A stretch of 64,000 nucleotides of DNA, taken from assembly GCA_973851085.1 (NCBI GenBank), contig OZ316776.1:5146001-5210000 (forward strand). The letters run 5' to 3'. How positions within the stretch are numbered: position 1 is the stretch's first letter; every line of letters begins with the position of its first letter. The stretch is from Ptychomitrium polyphyllum (lineage: Eukaryota). A program made the position numbers and the translations under genes. This document shows, piece by piece, positions 11,930 to 23,255 of the stretch. Under the pieces are notes generated by a model. That model did no database searches, had not been told where the DNA came from, and saw only the letters and a program-made list of their open reading frames with translations.

Positions 11930-12985
11930 GTTTTCGTTTTCCTGCTAAATATTTGGCATTGTGGTTGTACTTCTCATCCAATATGTACGTAGAAGTTTCT
12001 CTAGGCATTTATCAACCTTGTGACTAGATTTTTCACAGTACAAATACAACCTTTCCTTCCTTTGTCGCTTTTTCTCATGTTTAGTAAGGGGCTTGAAGCG
12101 AACCGCATCAATTTATATGGCTTTTGCTCCCAAATACTTATTAGAAATACACAAGGCTGCAACTTCTAAAAAGTTGGTATGTGGCTGAGCCGTAATGAAA
12201 GTTTGTTTATCTTGTTGGCGTTGAAATAGACAATTATCAAACTTCAAAACTTGGATAATGGCCTCATCAAATGTTTGGCAGTTTGGCATAGATAGCAATA
12301 AATCCTGAACTTTGTTGCGTACGCCTTAATGAAATTGACTCATCAACGCTTCTTCTCCCCAATTGATGTCGTATGTAAGTTGTTCAAAGTTTGATGCATA
12401 AATTGACATAGAATGTGGCCCTTAACGTAAGGTACAAATCTTAGTAGTTGTAGAACAAAGCTTATCATGGTCACCAAATGCTTCTGCAAACACGGCTAGG
12501 AACGCATCAAAGTTGCTAAGTATAAAACAATTCTTCTCTAAAAGTGGTGCAACCAGAACGATGCTTGTCGTGAAACCAACATTTCTACCAAATCAACACG
12601 CAAAGCGTCTATAGAATATCCTCAAGGTTGAAGCAAGGTAACAAATTGAATTTGGTTTACAAAGCCTCAAAATTTTGAACGCGTACCATTAAACTTCTCA
12701 AGAAGGCTGATTCTTGGTTCTTTGGTTGTTGGCATTGAATTTGTGGCTTAAACTTGTTTGTCATCTACCAAATCAAGTCTAGACAATGAAGCACTTAAGT
12801 TGACTTGGAATAATAACTACGGTGCTTTTGCTCCTTGACCATTATGTATGGTCAAATACAGTTCTTTGTTTTGCTTGGATAAAATCTCGGTCTTGATTTT
12901 CAATGCTTCAAGGGCACTAATAATGGAATCTAACTTTGTTTCTTTTGAATCAGTCATATTGGCTCCTTCACTCCTTGGCATAGCA
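11930..12985 (-). pseudogene. Chromovirus gag with decayed CCHC zinc knuckle
   Basis: KEPRISLLEKFNGTRSKF (~12670-12725), TFDEAIIQVLKFDN and LYLYCEKSSHKVDKC (~12005-12050). Confidence 0.8.
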
Positions 12986-13160
12986 ATGAAATGAGAATAT
13001 ATAAAACTGCTAATTACGCAAGAAATCAAAGAAAATTCAAGAAGAAATATCAATCCAAAGAAAGGTGATCTACAACCTCTAGAGTGCTATAGTGCTTTCG
13101 AGAAAGAGGGGTGGTCCGCTCTTTATCAAGAAAGACTAAGTTCTAATACTATTGTATGAT

Positions 13161-13171
13161 AGTCTCAACAA
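13161..13171 (-). other. Non-tRNA primer-binding site complementary to the element's own predicted transcript 5' end
   Basis: Sense TTGTTGAGACT lies 2 nt from the 5' LTR and pairs with sense AGTCTTGACAA inside the LTR (plus 4290-4300; 13319-13329 in the 5' LTR). No TGG-type tRNA PBS is present. Confidence 0.75.
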
Positions 13172-13173
13172 AC

Positions 13174-13564
13174 TGTTACGGACAAAGTAGTCATAAGACA
13201 AGGCTTTAGGATTCCAAAATGTGGAACAAAATTAATTCAAGGTATATTAGAGGTATAGAGCTATAACAAGGTACAAATGACAAGGCCAGAAGGTCTGAAC
13301 TAGACTACAAGAGATGCATTGTCAAGACGGAAGATCCCTTCAGCCTTAACTCCTATATATATTAGAACTACAAACTTTAGAAGCTTCTTGGGAAGCTTCT
13401 ACTACATTGCTTTGTACTCAAACAACCTTGAATTGCTTCCTTGGAAGTTTCTTAAGCCGAAGTAACTTCCTTAGAAGCTGCATAATTTAAAAGTAATTTC
13501 TTTGGAAGCTTCCTAAACCTTCTATGAACATTTCTAGATGCTTCTAATATATATGTCCGTAACA
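13174..13564 (-). repeat. 5' LTR (391 bp) with TATA box at ~13354-13362
   Basis: TGTTACGGA...TCCGTAACA 9-bp terminal inverted repeat; homologous to 4144-4566. Confidence 0.95.
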
Positions 13565-15300
13565 GCCGTCTACAATATCATAGAAGTAAAGGGAGGAAAA
13601 AAACACCATGTAGCATCGTTTAAGCTATTCAAACAATGCTATAATTCTAACATCTAAAGCCAATGTTATGCCACACAAATTTTGCACTTAAAACATGTGG
13701 TTTATTAAAATGTGAAAATGTTGTTAAGAAAATTCAACCCAATGGTACAAAATGGAAATAAATACTAGAAAAAATAAACAAGGTAATGTGTTGGTATTAT
13801 TTCCTTAAAGTATTTATAGTTTTATTTTTTTGTTGTAATAACAAATTTTTCATGAAATAATTTGCTAATGGTATTTCATATTTTGTATTTTGAAATATAT
13901 CATTTATATCTTGTAGGCTGTTGTAGATTAAAGTTGAATGTGCAGAGAAGGTAATTTCTTAATCATCTTGTAGAAATTTTTTTAAAGAATATTTTTTCAA
14001 ATTTCAAATAAAGCGCAGAAGAGATGAATTTGCTTGTTGTGGAAGATGCGATGAACTTAATAAACTTTGAGACATACATGTTTATGGACCACCAAGTTTA
14101 CTAAATACTTTTCATTTATTAGAAGTTCAATTACATAAGCAAGAAGCTTATTGGGCTCATTATTACTTGAGTAAAGCATCAGCTTGCTATTTTCCATTAT
14201 AAATTTTATATATCATGCATGACAAAATGGACCATTCAAAAACAACATTTCCTTGCTTTACTATCAAGAATAAAACACTTGATGGTCTAATGAAATTGTC
14301 AATATTTGTAATAAGAATATTTGTTCATAGGCATGGTGATAAGAAACATGCTCATTATACTCTTGATTTGTACTATGCCAATAATAATTAGATAATTGGA
14401 TCAATAGCAAAGCTTTTTTGTAATTTAGAAAATCCTCTACAGCCAAACAATCCAAGTGCTTTATTTTAAGGAGCAAATATAACCAAATTATATTTAACAA
14501 TCTTTGCAAGATTAGAACAATGTATAAATTCTATAGCATCAAAAGTTAAGCTGTTTGGAATTAACCAAAGCTTATTCATTGTCTATAGCTTAGGGATTTA
14601 CCAATTGCCACCTATTCTTTATATACAATTTAACAATTGTTGGAAAGACAATAAGAGCACATGACATAGATGCTTCTTTTGGACAATGGAGTATGAAATT
14701 ACAAGAAAATGATTATCCTACCATTTCATTGTTGATGAAATCATACATGGATTTGGATGAAGATATTCTCATTTTTGTTCTCATTGAAGAAGTTTTTAAC
14801 TTCAAATCCTTCATTCAAAGGCACATAAGTGAAGATGATCTCATTCAAAATTTTCAAGGTTGCCAATTTTGTTTTTAGAGGTTGTAATGGATGGCCCTTA
14901 ATGCAATACAAATTGAGATGCACAAATGATAAATGGAAGTTAGAAGAAGGAATCAAGTTATGGCAAGAAAATAAAAATAGAAAGCCAAAGTTGCCATTTG
15001 GAAATTCACTTACTGTTCTACTACAACTAATAAAGGGGCATGATGAAATTATAAAAGGCATTAATGGTTTCGTCAAACATTGGAAACAAATTGGTAAAGC
15101 AAACATGATAGGAGAATACACACATCAACATGGACATCCTGTGCAATATTGGACTCGTATAAAAGAAGTTCTTTGTGAACAAAAAATGGATGCAGTGGAT
15201 GTTCTATGTATGGACTTTTGGCCCCAAGTTGCTAGTCTTTTAACATTCAACCATTATATACTTTAGATAGATAGATGAATTTAAAAAAGATGATCTTTAT
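13565..15300 (+). pseudogene. 3' portion of the decayed DUF7869-like putative DDE/D transposase gene
   Basis: ANVMPHK; KRRRDEFACCGRCDEL (CxxC); IMHDKMDHSKTTFPCF; HRHGDKKHAHYTLDLY; LPPILYIQFNNCWKDNKS; HDIDASFGQWSMKLQENDYPTISLLMKSYMDLD; probable GT-AG intron ~13783-13916. Confidence 0.7.
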
Positions 15301-16039
15301 ATTGGACCTAAAAGTCTTTGTCCATTTTTTGTTGATCCGTTTTGCATTGATTAGTGATGCTAATTTAACATTTGGGGATGTGAGTTATAAACACATTAAG
15401 GTAAAATGGTACATACCTAGATGTTCTATAATGTCATGGTTATATATACGATAATTGCTTGCATAGGTGGCCAAAAGTTTACTCCATAAACAATCACCTT
15501 TGTAGCATATAAATTCCACAACTTCAAAACCTGGATCGCCCATCTGTACAGTTTCTGTTTTGAACAGTATAAATGAGAGGTAACTCACTGTACATCACTT
15601 TTAAATAATGTAAACTCTAGAATGTGCAGAGAGTGCAGATGTCATACCAAGAATCCTATGACCAGCTGTGCATGATATAATGTAATGCACTAAATTATAA
15701 TGGAAAGCAGAGATTTTCCGACTCCACAAAGGAAGTGTATTAATGTGGTGCAAGATTGAGCTTCATTCGTGAACAATAGAACTTGAAGATTTCATAGAGG
15801 TGAACCTTAGGGTCACGAGCTCCTTGCTACGTCACTTTAACTTTGATGAATTACCTGTAAGTCGAGGGTTACAGCATGCAACAGGTTGAAATGCACCCTT
15901 TTAGATCATTTGTACAACGAAAGACCACTGGATACTCAGCAGACAAAGAAAACATATCCTCTATGACTGCATGGATTGCATGGTTATCCTTCATTCAAAA
16001 GACTTTCAAATTCTCAAACTTCAGATAAAATAGTCAGAG

Positions 16040-18673
16040 CTACGCAGTACTAGCAGCCTGACCCTCTTCTTCACGGCCCCACGAGCGGGGCCACCACTTG
16101 GGTCGCACAGCTTTTACAAAAATGTCATCCTGGTTTTCGATGTGCAGCTGGTCGTTGCCCTCTCTGGCAGTCTCTAGTCGCACCAAGCCCAAACCTCTTG
16201 GACCAAGCACCGTCGTGACTTTACCCACTTTCTTCCCAGTTTTCTTGTCTACCACTTCTGTACCCGGAGTTACTGCTTCTTGTGCTTCTGCATTAACGAT
16301 AAGGTAGCAAACAGTGAAGTCATTATTAGAAGCATATGCATATTGTGAATTTATGTCAGCACTAAACAATTCTCAACATAAAGCTGGAAACAGCAATCGA
16401 AAATGCACTACAAGGTGTTTGAATACAGAATTGCAGTTAGTCAACATGCATGAAATGACCTGAAAAGCTAGAAGACGGAGAAATAGGTCAAAACAAGCAA
16501 ATGAAAACGAGAGCACAATCGAAAAATTTCAACACAGCGAAGAAGGAACAAACCTTCTCCATTAGCATGTACGAAGTTGAGGGGCATGAGTCGCTTGCGA
16601 ATGACACCACGATGATGAGTCCGGGCAACAAGTTCCTGACCTACGTAACATCCTTTGTCAAAGTTTATTGCATTCAGTCCTGCCAGATTGTACTCCAAAG
16701 GTATAGCTTCCCCTGATAACAGTTTACTAGCTTACGTTAGTCAAGCATCTCAAGCATCACGTTGTGGAATGAGTTTCTAACGGATCATTTGATACAACAG
16801 GTTAGTCAACTAAGGATTCAGCATCTACTGACAATTAGTGGCATGGCGGCCGGAGGTAGAACTAGGAGAATCAAAAACTAGGATTTGACGTCTGACAATG
16901 GAATTTAGAATAACCTATTGAAGTGCTGTCATACAAGAAAGGACTTGCAAACATCATCAAGGAGGTTTGTTGAGAAAAATGGAGCCAACCTTTAGGAATC
17001 TCAACGGAGCCTTCTGCAATTCCTTGCTCCAATCTCCACAAGAGATAGTACTCCTCATCCAACTCCGTGCCGCTTTCAATCAAAGGTGCTACACACCCAA
17101 ATGTTGGCAAATTCTCAGTAGGTAAAAAAAGGTAGCAGATAAGTTACTTTTGGACGATATCCATACATCTGCATGATGTATGAATACTTATCCATGCTAG
17201 ATGAATGAAGCTCTATCTAAGCGAATGGTTGACAATGAGCACTTTAACAATGTAGATCCTTACGTGAAGTGTTTTTCGAGAACAGGCCCCGAAGCCCAAG
17301 GGTGCCCACTCGAGGATCCTTGTACCAGCGCCGTTGTCCTCCATTTGTTTGAGCTGAGCTTAAAGCACTGTCGTCTGTTGTACCTCCCCATCCAATCGAC
17401 CCAGCCTGCGATTCAGGTGTACTGTCCGGCTGCTCCATTAATTTTCCTCCATAGTATTGCCAAACTGTAATATCCTCTGAAATATCGTGAACTTCAACTC
17501 TCTTCCGTAGAATGTGCCTGTCAATGTAAAGCCACAAAATTAGTAGCTAGCCATACGCCCAAACGTTCTATGGCATGAGAAGGGTTCTTCGACTAACTCG
17601 CTTCTCAGCAATGATCACGAAGTAAAAAATTCTGAGAAATGATGACCGCTTGTAAAGTCAGCCACACCCAAAGAATCTACATTGAGCTGAATGTATTCTT
17701 CTATCTCACAGAAACCATTAACCGAATATAAAATCATACGGAGAAAGGTCGCTACTCACAATTAAGTAGCCAGTAATAAGTATTTATCAGCTGTGATAGA
17801 TTCTTCTTTTCTTTCTTCAAAGTTCAGGATGTTAGGTGAATTAGGACTCGAGAATGAGGCTCCACGACCATGGATGCCTACCCTTGAACGCCACTGGACT
17901 CGGGAATGCGGATGACTTATCAGGTAATAGTAACGATTTAAAGTTTTCGGTTGACATGTTCTAAATCATAAGCACAAGAACGATTTTTCCTTTTTGACAT
18001 GCATGATCTCCTATCAACATTCAACCATGATCCACATAATATTAGCTGATGCTAACAAATATATTAACTTGATCGTATGATAATGGGGCTAGTCACATAT
18101 AAAGAAATAAAGATCTAGACCCTAAATTTCAGAAGGGAGAGAAACATACTTGTTCAAGTAGTCCACAATCTCCTCAGCAAAGCCAGCGTCGACATCCGCC
18201 AACAGAACAGGAGGGTTCTCGCTCTTTCCAGGACCCGACCCCGAACTATCCAGCTTCTCCTCCTCCACATTCGGTTTGTACAAGAACAAATCATACAAAA
18301 ACCTGCCTTGAGAATTCAGCATCGCTGCATATAGCGGCGGGTAGTAAACCACGGAAGCATTAACCGAGGGAGTCGACGTTTGTCCCGAAGGGTTGTCCTC
18401 AAACTTGGTGACGTCATTGGTGACCAAACCTTGCAGGAAATTGATAACATCCGGCCCATCAAACCTAATCACTCTCCTCGTCTTTAGATTCGATGCATAC
18501 GGGCCTTTGGTGGATAAGGGAGTATCTCCCGAGGTTGAACCCTCTCCCGATGACCCATGGATCCCAGCTACACGCAGTATCGACGCTCCCAACGTGCACA
18601 ACCCAATTGAGGCATTTTGCTGGAAACGAAGACTCGACCCAATTGAAATCGCAGCACGCCTGCTCGCGGGCAT
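16040..18673 (-). CDS. IBA57: IBA57/CAF17-like mitochondrial Fe-S assembly factor (YgfZ/GcvT fold); exons 18673-18150, 17517-17264, 17088-16990, 16712-16554, 16287-16040
   Basis: [24 protein letters not shown], YgfZ signature [35 protein letters not shown] introns; basic N-terminal presequence-like segment. Confidence 0.93.
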
Positions 18674-19751
18674 TTTGAAAGAATGCACTCCAGCAATTTT
18701 GGTAAAAAATCTCAGAAACTCTAGGTAAGCACCTGCAAACCACCTCGAATTCTTGTCGCAAAACGATGACTCTTAATGGGTCAATCTCAGCAACTACAAA
18801 CCCAACTCCCAATTGATTAGAAATTAAGGTCTACTCTGTACCCTACACCACCAGAGATTAAAATTTGCTCGAAACTTTACTCACAACTTACAAATACACA
18901 CTCGGCTTACTCACAATGAAGAATTAAAGAATACACTGTCCATTCATTCCCGAGAGCGCAGCCAAAGAATACAAATGTACTAGGTGGAAATTGCATAAAC
19001 AAGAAGCACATGGCACAAAAGGTGACTGCCACTTGGGCCACCTTGAGAAACAGGAGTTCATGCAACAGAGTGACGAGAGAATGAAGCTCCTGGATGACTC
19101 ACCTTAACTTCGGTTCCTTAGTTAGTAACAGTGACCTTCTTTTCAGGATAACATTCTCCTTTCCCTTACGGTTTAAGTAGGATTTGAGTAGGAAAGGCAG
19201 GGTGAGAGTGCCGGAGGCGCATCCATTCTCGTCGCCAGTATTGTTTTGAATACGCTTTTCTTCACACCTTCCTTCTCTTTCCCTCCCACCGTGTCTGCTC
19301 ATTTCGCCACTTCGTCGGCTGAGCGGCATTGTCTCTCCATGTGACTCCGATTCTGTCAACTTTGAGAACCCACAACTCTCCGGTTATCAATTTATCCAGG
19401 AAATCACTACAGCCACTGCCTCCACTTGAATCCTTTGGAGCAAGCAAACAAGCTGTAGGTGATGCTTGCAATCAGAGCTACCCTTTATTGATTCTTCAAA
19501 TCAGTAGCTCGGAGTATTGATCATGTTCGCCGTGGAACGGATGAGCCCAAAGTATTAATCAGAGTGGAATCGTGTAAAGCTGGTGTTTACAATCAAGAAT
19601 GCCACTGACCATGTACTCAACTCCGTGTTCAAAACACAACGCGTTTGCTGATCGCAGCAGGAACAGAAGCACAGAAAGAATGCCCTGCTCTATCGACTGA
19701 ACAGTTGTGATCGTTAGGACATCTAAGGTTATATTTTATGGAAGTGGTACT

Positions 19752-20627
19752 ATGATGGAAGCTAAGCAGAGCAAGGAACGGAGGAACTTGCAACTAAACC
19801 CTACATTCTTGCAGCAGGACTTGGTTCCCACAACATGCAGTAACGAGATTTCATTGGACCCTAAGCTGTGGAGTTTCTTTCCTGAGGGTTTGGTGGACTA
19901 AGTGCTGGTCTAGTTGCCATTATCAAGCACCCTCCGGGTGCGAACCGTGTGCAGGACATGGAACAGTATAACGAACTCCGAAGTTTTTCGTGAGTTGCCT
20001 ACACAGGCATTGTCGTCCAAGGACGCCTAGATTTTGATCTTCGTCGATCGATCGAGATTACCGAGTGGTGTCTGCGTACATACCCACAAAGAACAAACGT
20101 CACAACATCCCACTTTCATTTCTCCCTTTCGACATCTCCAATGTGACAGTCGCAGGCAGATTGCCTGTTTTTCCGTTCCCACGAAGCAAACGGGAGCTCA
20201 GAATTGTGCGTTTACAACTCAGTTACGAGCTAATGGCAAAAGCTTCCCTCCATGCTTGGCGGGTGGCGGGATGGTCTGCTCGGTCTGCTCAGAACTGTTC
20301 CTACAAGATCGTCGTGCGCAGTAATCTCTCCCTTGCCTACAGCAATGACGCCGTCTTACGCACCGAGGTTTACGACTCTACTACAAACCTCTGGATCCGC
20401 ACAAACGGCCTCGAGGACGGAATCACTACAGGGCACACATATTGTGATGACGTGCTGTATTTCATGGCCAGGGAAAGTCGCAGCGGCGTCTATGGCATCT
20501 ACGCTTACAACATCGTGCATGACTCTTGGAGCAAAGTGCATGTGCATGTTCCTGTTCCCAATTTCATGACTTGCCCTCACGTGGTGGAATGCCAAGGCCG
20601 ATTTCTCATGGTTGGGGGCTTTGGAAG
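19752..20627 (+). pseudogene. F-box/kelch-repeat-like pseudogene, 3'-truncated
   Basis: LDPKLWSFFPEGLVD*VLV*LPLSSTLRVRTVCRTWNSI is an F-box with two in-frame stops. Further stops and frameshifts follow, then TEVYDSTTNLW, IYAYNIVHDSWSKV and VVECQGRFLMVGG. Confidence 0.8.
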
Positions 20628-21033
20628 GTACCAAATTTCTTAAATCCTAAACTTCGTTCTCGCAAATATCATTTCCGGAATTGCTGCCGCATCATATCCT
20701 GAAATATCAAGGATGATAAAAGCTCTTCTCCGTCTGAAGATGTTTCAAACCCTAAACCTGGCCACTACTGCTACAAAGGCATATGAAAAAGGCAAGAATG
20801 CAAAGATAATCTTCTGAAGAAGTCAGTGGCAAAGAAAAGCGAGAAAGAGAGACCTTTTGTTGAGAATACAACAACTCCAAACACAGAGAAGGGATGAATG
20901 TGGCAAGAAATTTGAAAGTGCTCTTCACACATGCGAACCTCTCAAGGAGATCTATGATCTGGATCTCCAGCACAACTGATCTCTTCTAAGGTCACTGAAG
21001 CATGAAGATAAAGGACGATGTGATGAAGTGTCA

Positions 21034-23255
21034 CTAGAGGGGTGAGGTGACGGCTTTCGAAGGACGCCAGGTCTGCATCGTTTTGTACCACCTGGCGCAT
21101 ATCACATACAGCACAAGGTTCACAGCACTCATTGCCGCTAACAGCCAGAAAAAATAATCAATGTGGCCTCTGTTAAGGATATCTGCAATCCATCCTGGAG
21201 CACCATTTCTTGTCGTAATTCGAGTGACAATGGTAAATAGCGCGCTGCTCAGGAATGTCCCCAAGGCAATAGTCAGCAAAGCAAAAGCGGTGCCCAATCC
21301 TCGCATAGCGTCTGGACTTTCGCCGTAGAAAAACTCGTAAATGCCTACATAGGCAAATACTTCAGCAGCTCCAACTATAAAATACTGAGGGACTTGCCAG
21401 AAAACACTCAATGGGACAGGACTTGTAGGGTCATCCAGGAGTCCATGCTGGTGTGCCACCTTCAAGCGCTCGATTTCAACAACAGCAGCTGCTATCATTC
21501 CAAACACCGAGATACAGAGCCCAATACCTATACGCTGGAGCTCTGAGAATCCACGTGGATTCTTTGTGATTTTCGCAACGAAGGGGACCAGAAGAAAATC
21601 ATAGACTGGCACCCAAACAACAACACTTAACAGCTCGATCACAGTGAGAGATGCAGGAGGGATCTTGAAGTGTCCCATATGCAGATCCATCGATGCTCCT
21701 TGAATGATAAAGAGAGTCGACAGCTGGTTATACACAGTGGAAAACATCGCACTGGTAATCATGATGGGGATCATCCGCACGAGAACTTTCACCTGCGACA
21801 AGACAGGGAATGTCAATTCAAGCACCTCAAAGAGCAGCTTATTGCATTTGTAATGTTAAGTGAATGTTAGCGTTTCTAAATGGACATGTAACAGTTTACC
21901 TCTTCGACTTGGGTTATAGTGCAAAGCCTCCATGGGTTAGCCGAGGTCTCGTTGATCGTGTCCCCTTCCATCTTCACAGCTGCCTTGTCAAGAAATCTGA
22001 ACTGATTGGTATGGCAGATTTTACGGCTTCCTGGAATGATAGAGTCCATTTCTTCTAAAACCTCGAATAATTCACTGCTGGCAGTAGTTTTGAGGCGCCA
22101 TTTCCTAGCCGAAGCAACAATTACTTGTCCAATTCTAGTGAGAGGGTTGCCGCCTGGTTTATGGTGCCGGTAGAATGGAGTTCCTGCAAGAAAGCAAATC
22201 GTTCCAATGACGACAGAGATGAGTGCTGCTCCAAACCCCAAGCCCCAGCTTATGTTATCTTGGATGTACACAAAGAACGTCCCTGCAAGTAACCCTCCAA
22301 TATTGATAGACTGGTAATACCAATTGAAGAAGGAAGTTTTTTGGACTTTCTCCTTAGGGTCTTCTTCATCGAATTGATCGGCGCCCAATGATGTCACCAC
22401 AGCTTGAAACGCACCCGCTCCAAGGTCAACCACGTATAATGCTAAGAACAAGAAGGCTCCCTGCCCAACGGTTGCGTGAGGGCACAACGAGTCTTGAGTG
22501 GAGCATTGCCTGGGCCTTAGCGATGTTAAGGAGGTTGAAATAGTGACGAAGATCATGCCCTTCAAGAAATCCAACAGACAAAATGAGTTTAATGATTCAG
22601 TATTTAATGTTTGGTAATTCAAAGGCCAAACCTGACTAAAAGGTGGGGTGTTTAGTTTGTACTTACAATGATGTAAATGAAGGTGGAGAGGAAGGATGCC
22701 CAATATCGACCCCAGTAAGCATCTGCTAAAAATGCTCCAATGAGGGGAGTAATGTAGCCAACTCCATTCCAGTTGCTCACATCTGTTGCCGCCACGGAGT
22801 TGCTCTGGTGCATCACAGAAGTGAGGTACACGACCAGATTGGCAGCGCACCCGTAAAAGCCCAGATTGGCGAACACCTGATTCGCTGTTTCACCACAATT
22901 CCTTCAGATTCAGTTTCACATACAACACAATTCCGTGAACAGTCGATTGCTTGCATCACTTCAGATTATTTTCTCTAGCTTTGGCATGGCATTCAAATAT
23001 TACATGTAGCTTTCATCAAACTTCGCTCACATGTAATGACTAAAGTAGCAAATCTGGTTCAAACACTCAACCTTGATACTCTAATTCTCCTGAATACTTA
23101 CAGTAAATAAACCAGGATGTCCTCCAGCCTCCGGTTTTAGCCTTGACGGCTGGTCGTCCACGGAAATCCAGAGTCCCATCCTTTGTGTACACTTCTCCTT
23201 TATGCCAGCTCGAATCAACTCTAGCATCAACATCATTGCTTCCTTCTTCCTCTGC
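21034..23255 (-). CDS. NPF: NRT1/PTR family (NPF) transporter; coding exons 23255-23102, 22884-22667, 22559-21900, 21792-21034; start-codon exon lies upstream and is unresolved
   Basis: YTKDGTLDFRGRPAVKAKTGGWR, GAFLADAYWGRY, LGADQFDEEDPKE, SFFNWYY, PGGNPLTRI, NPWRLCTITQVEEVK, WQVPQY, FFYGESPDAMR, LNRGHIDYFFWLLA. Confidence 0.95.

Larger units (their letters stand above)
4144..13564 (-). mobile_element. Full-length but inactivated Ty3/gypsy chromovirus (Tcn1/Tf1-like) LTR retrotransposon with nested insertions
   Basis: Two homologous TG..CA LTRs (4144-4566, 13174-13564); TSD GCCAT (4139-4143)/GCCGT (13565-13569); gag-PR-RT-RH-IN-chromodomain order on the minus strand; many stops and frameshifts. 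Confidence 0.95.
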
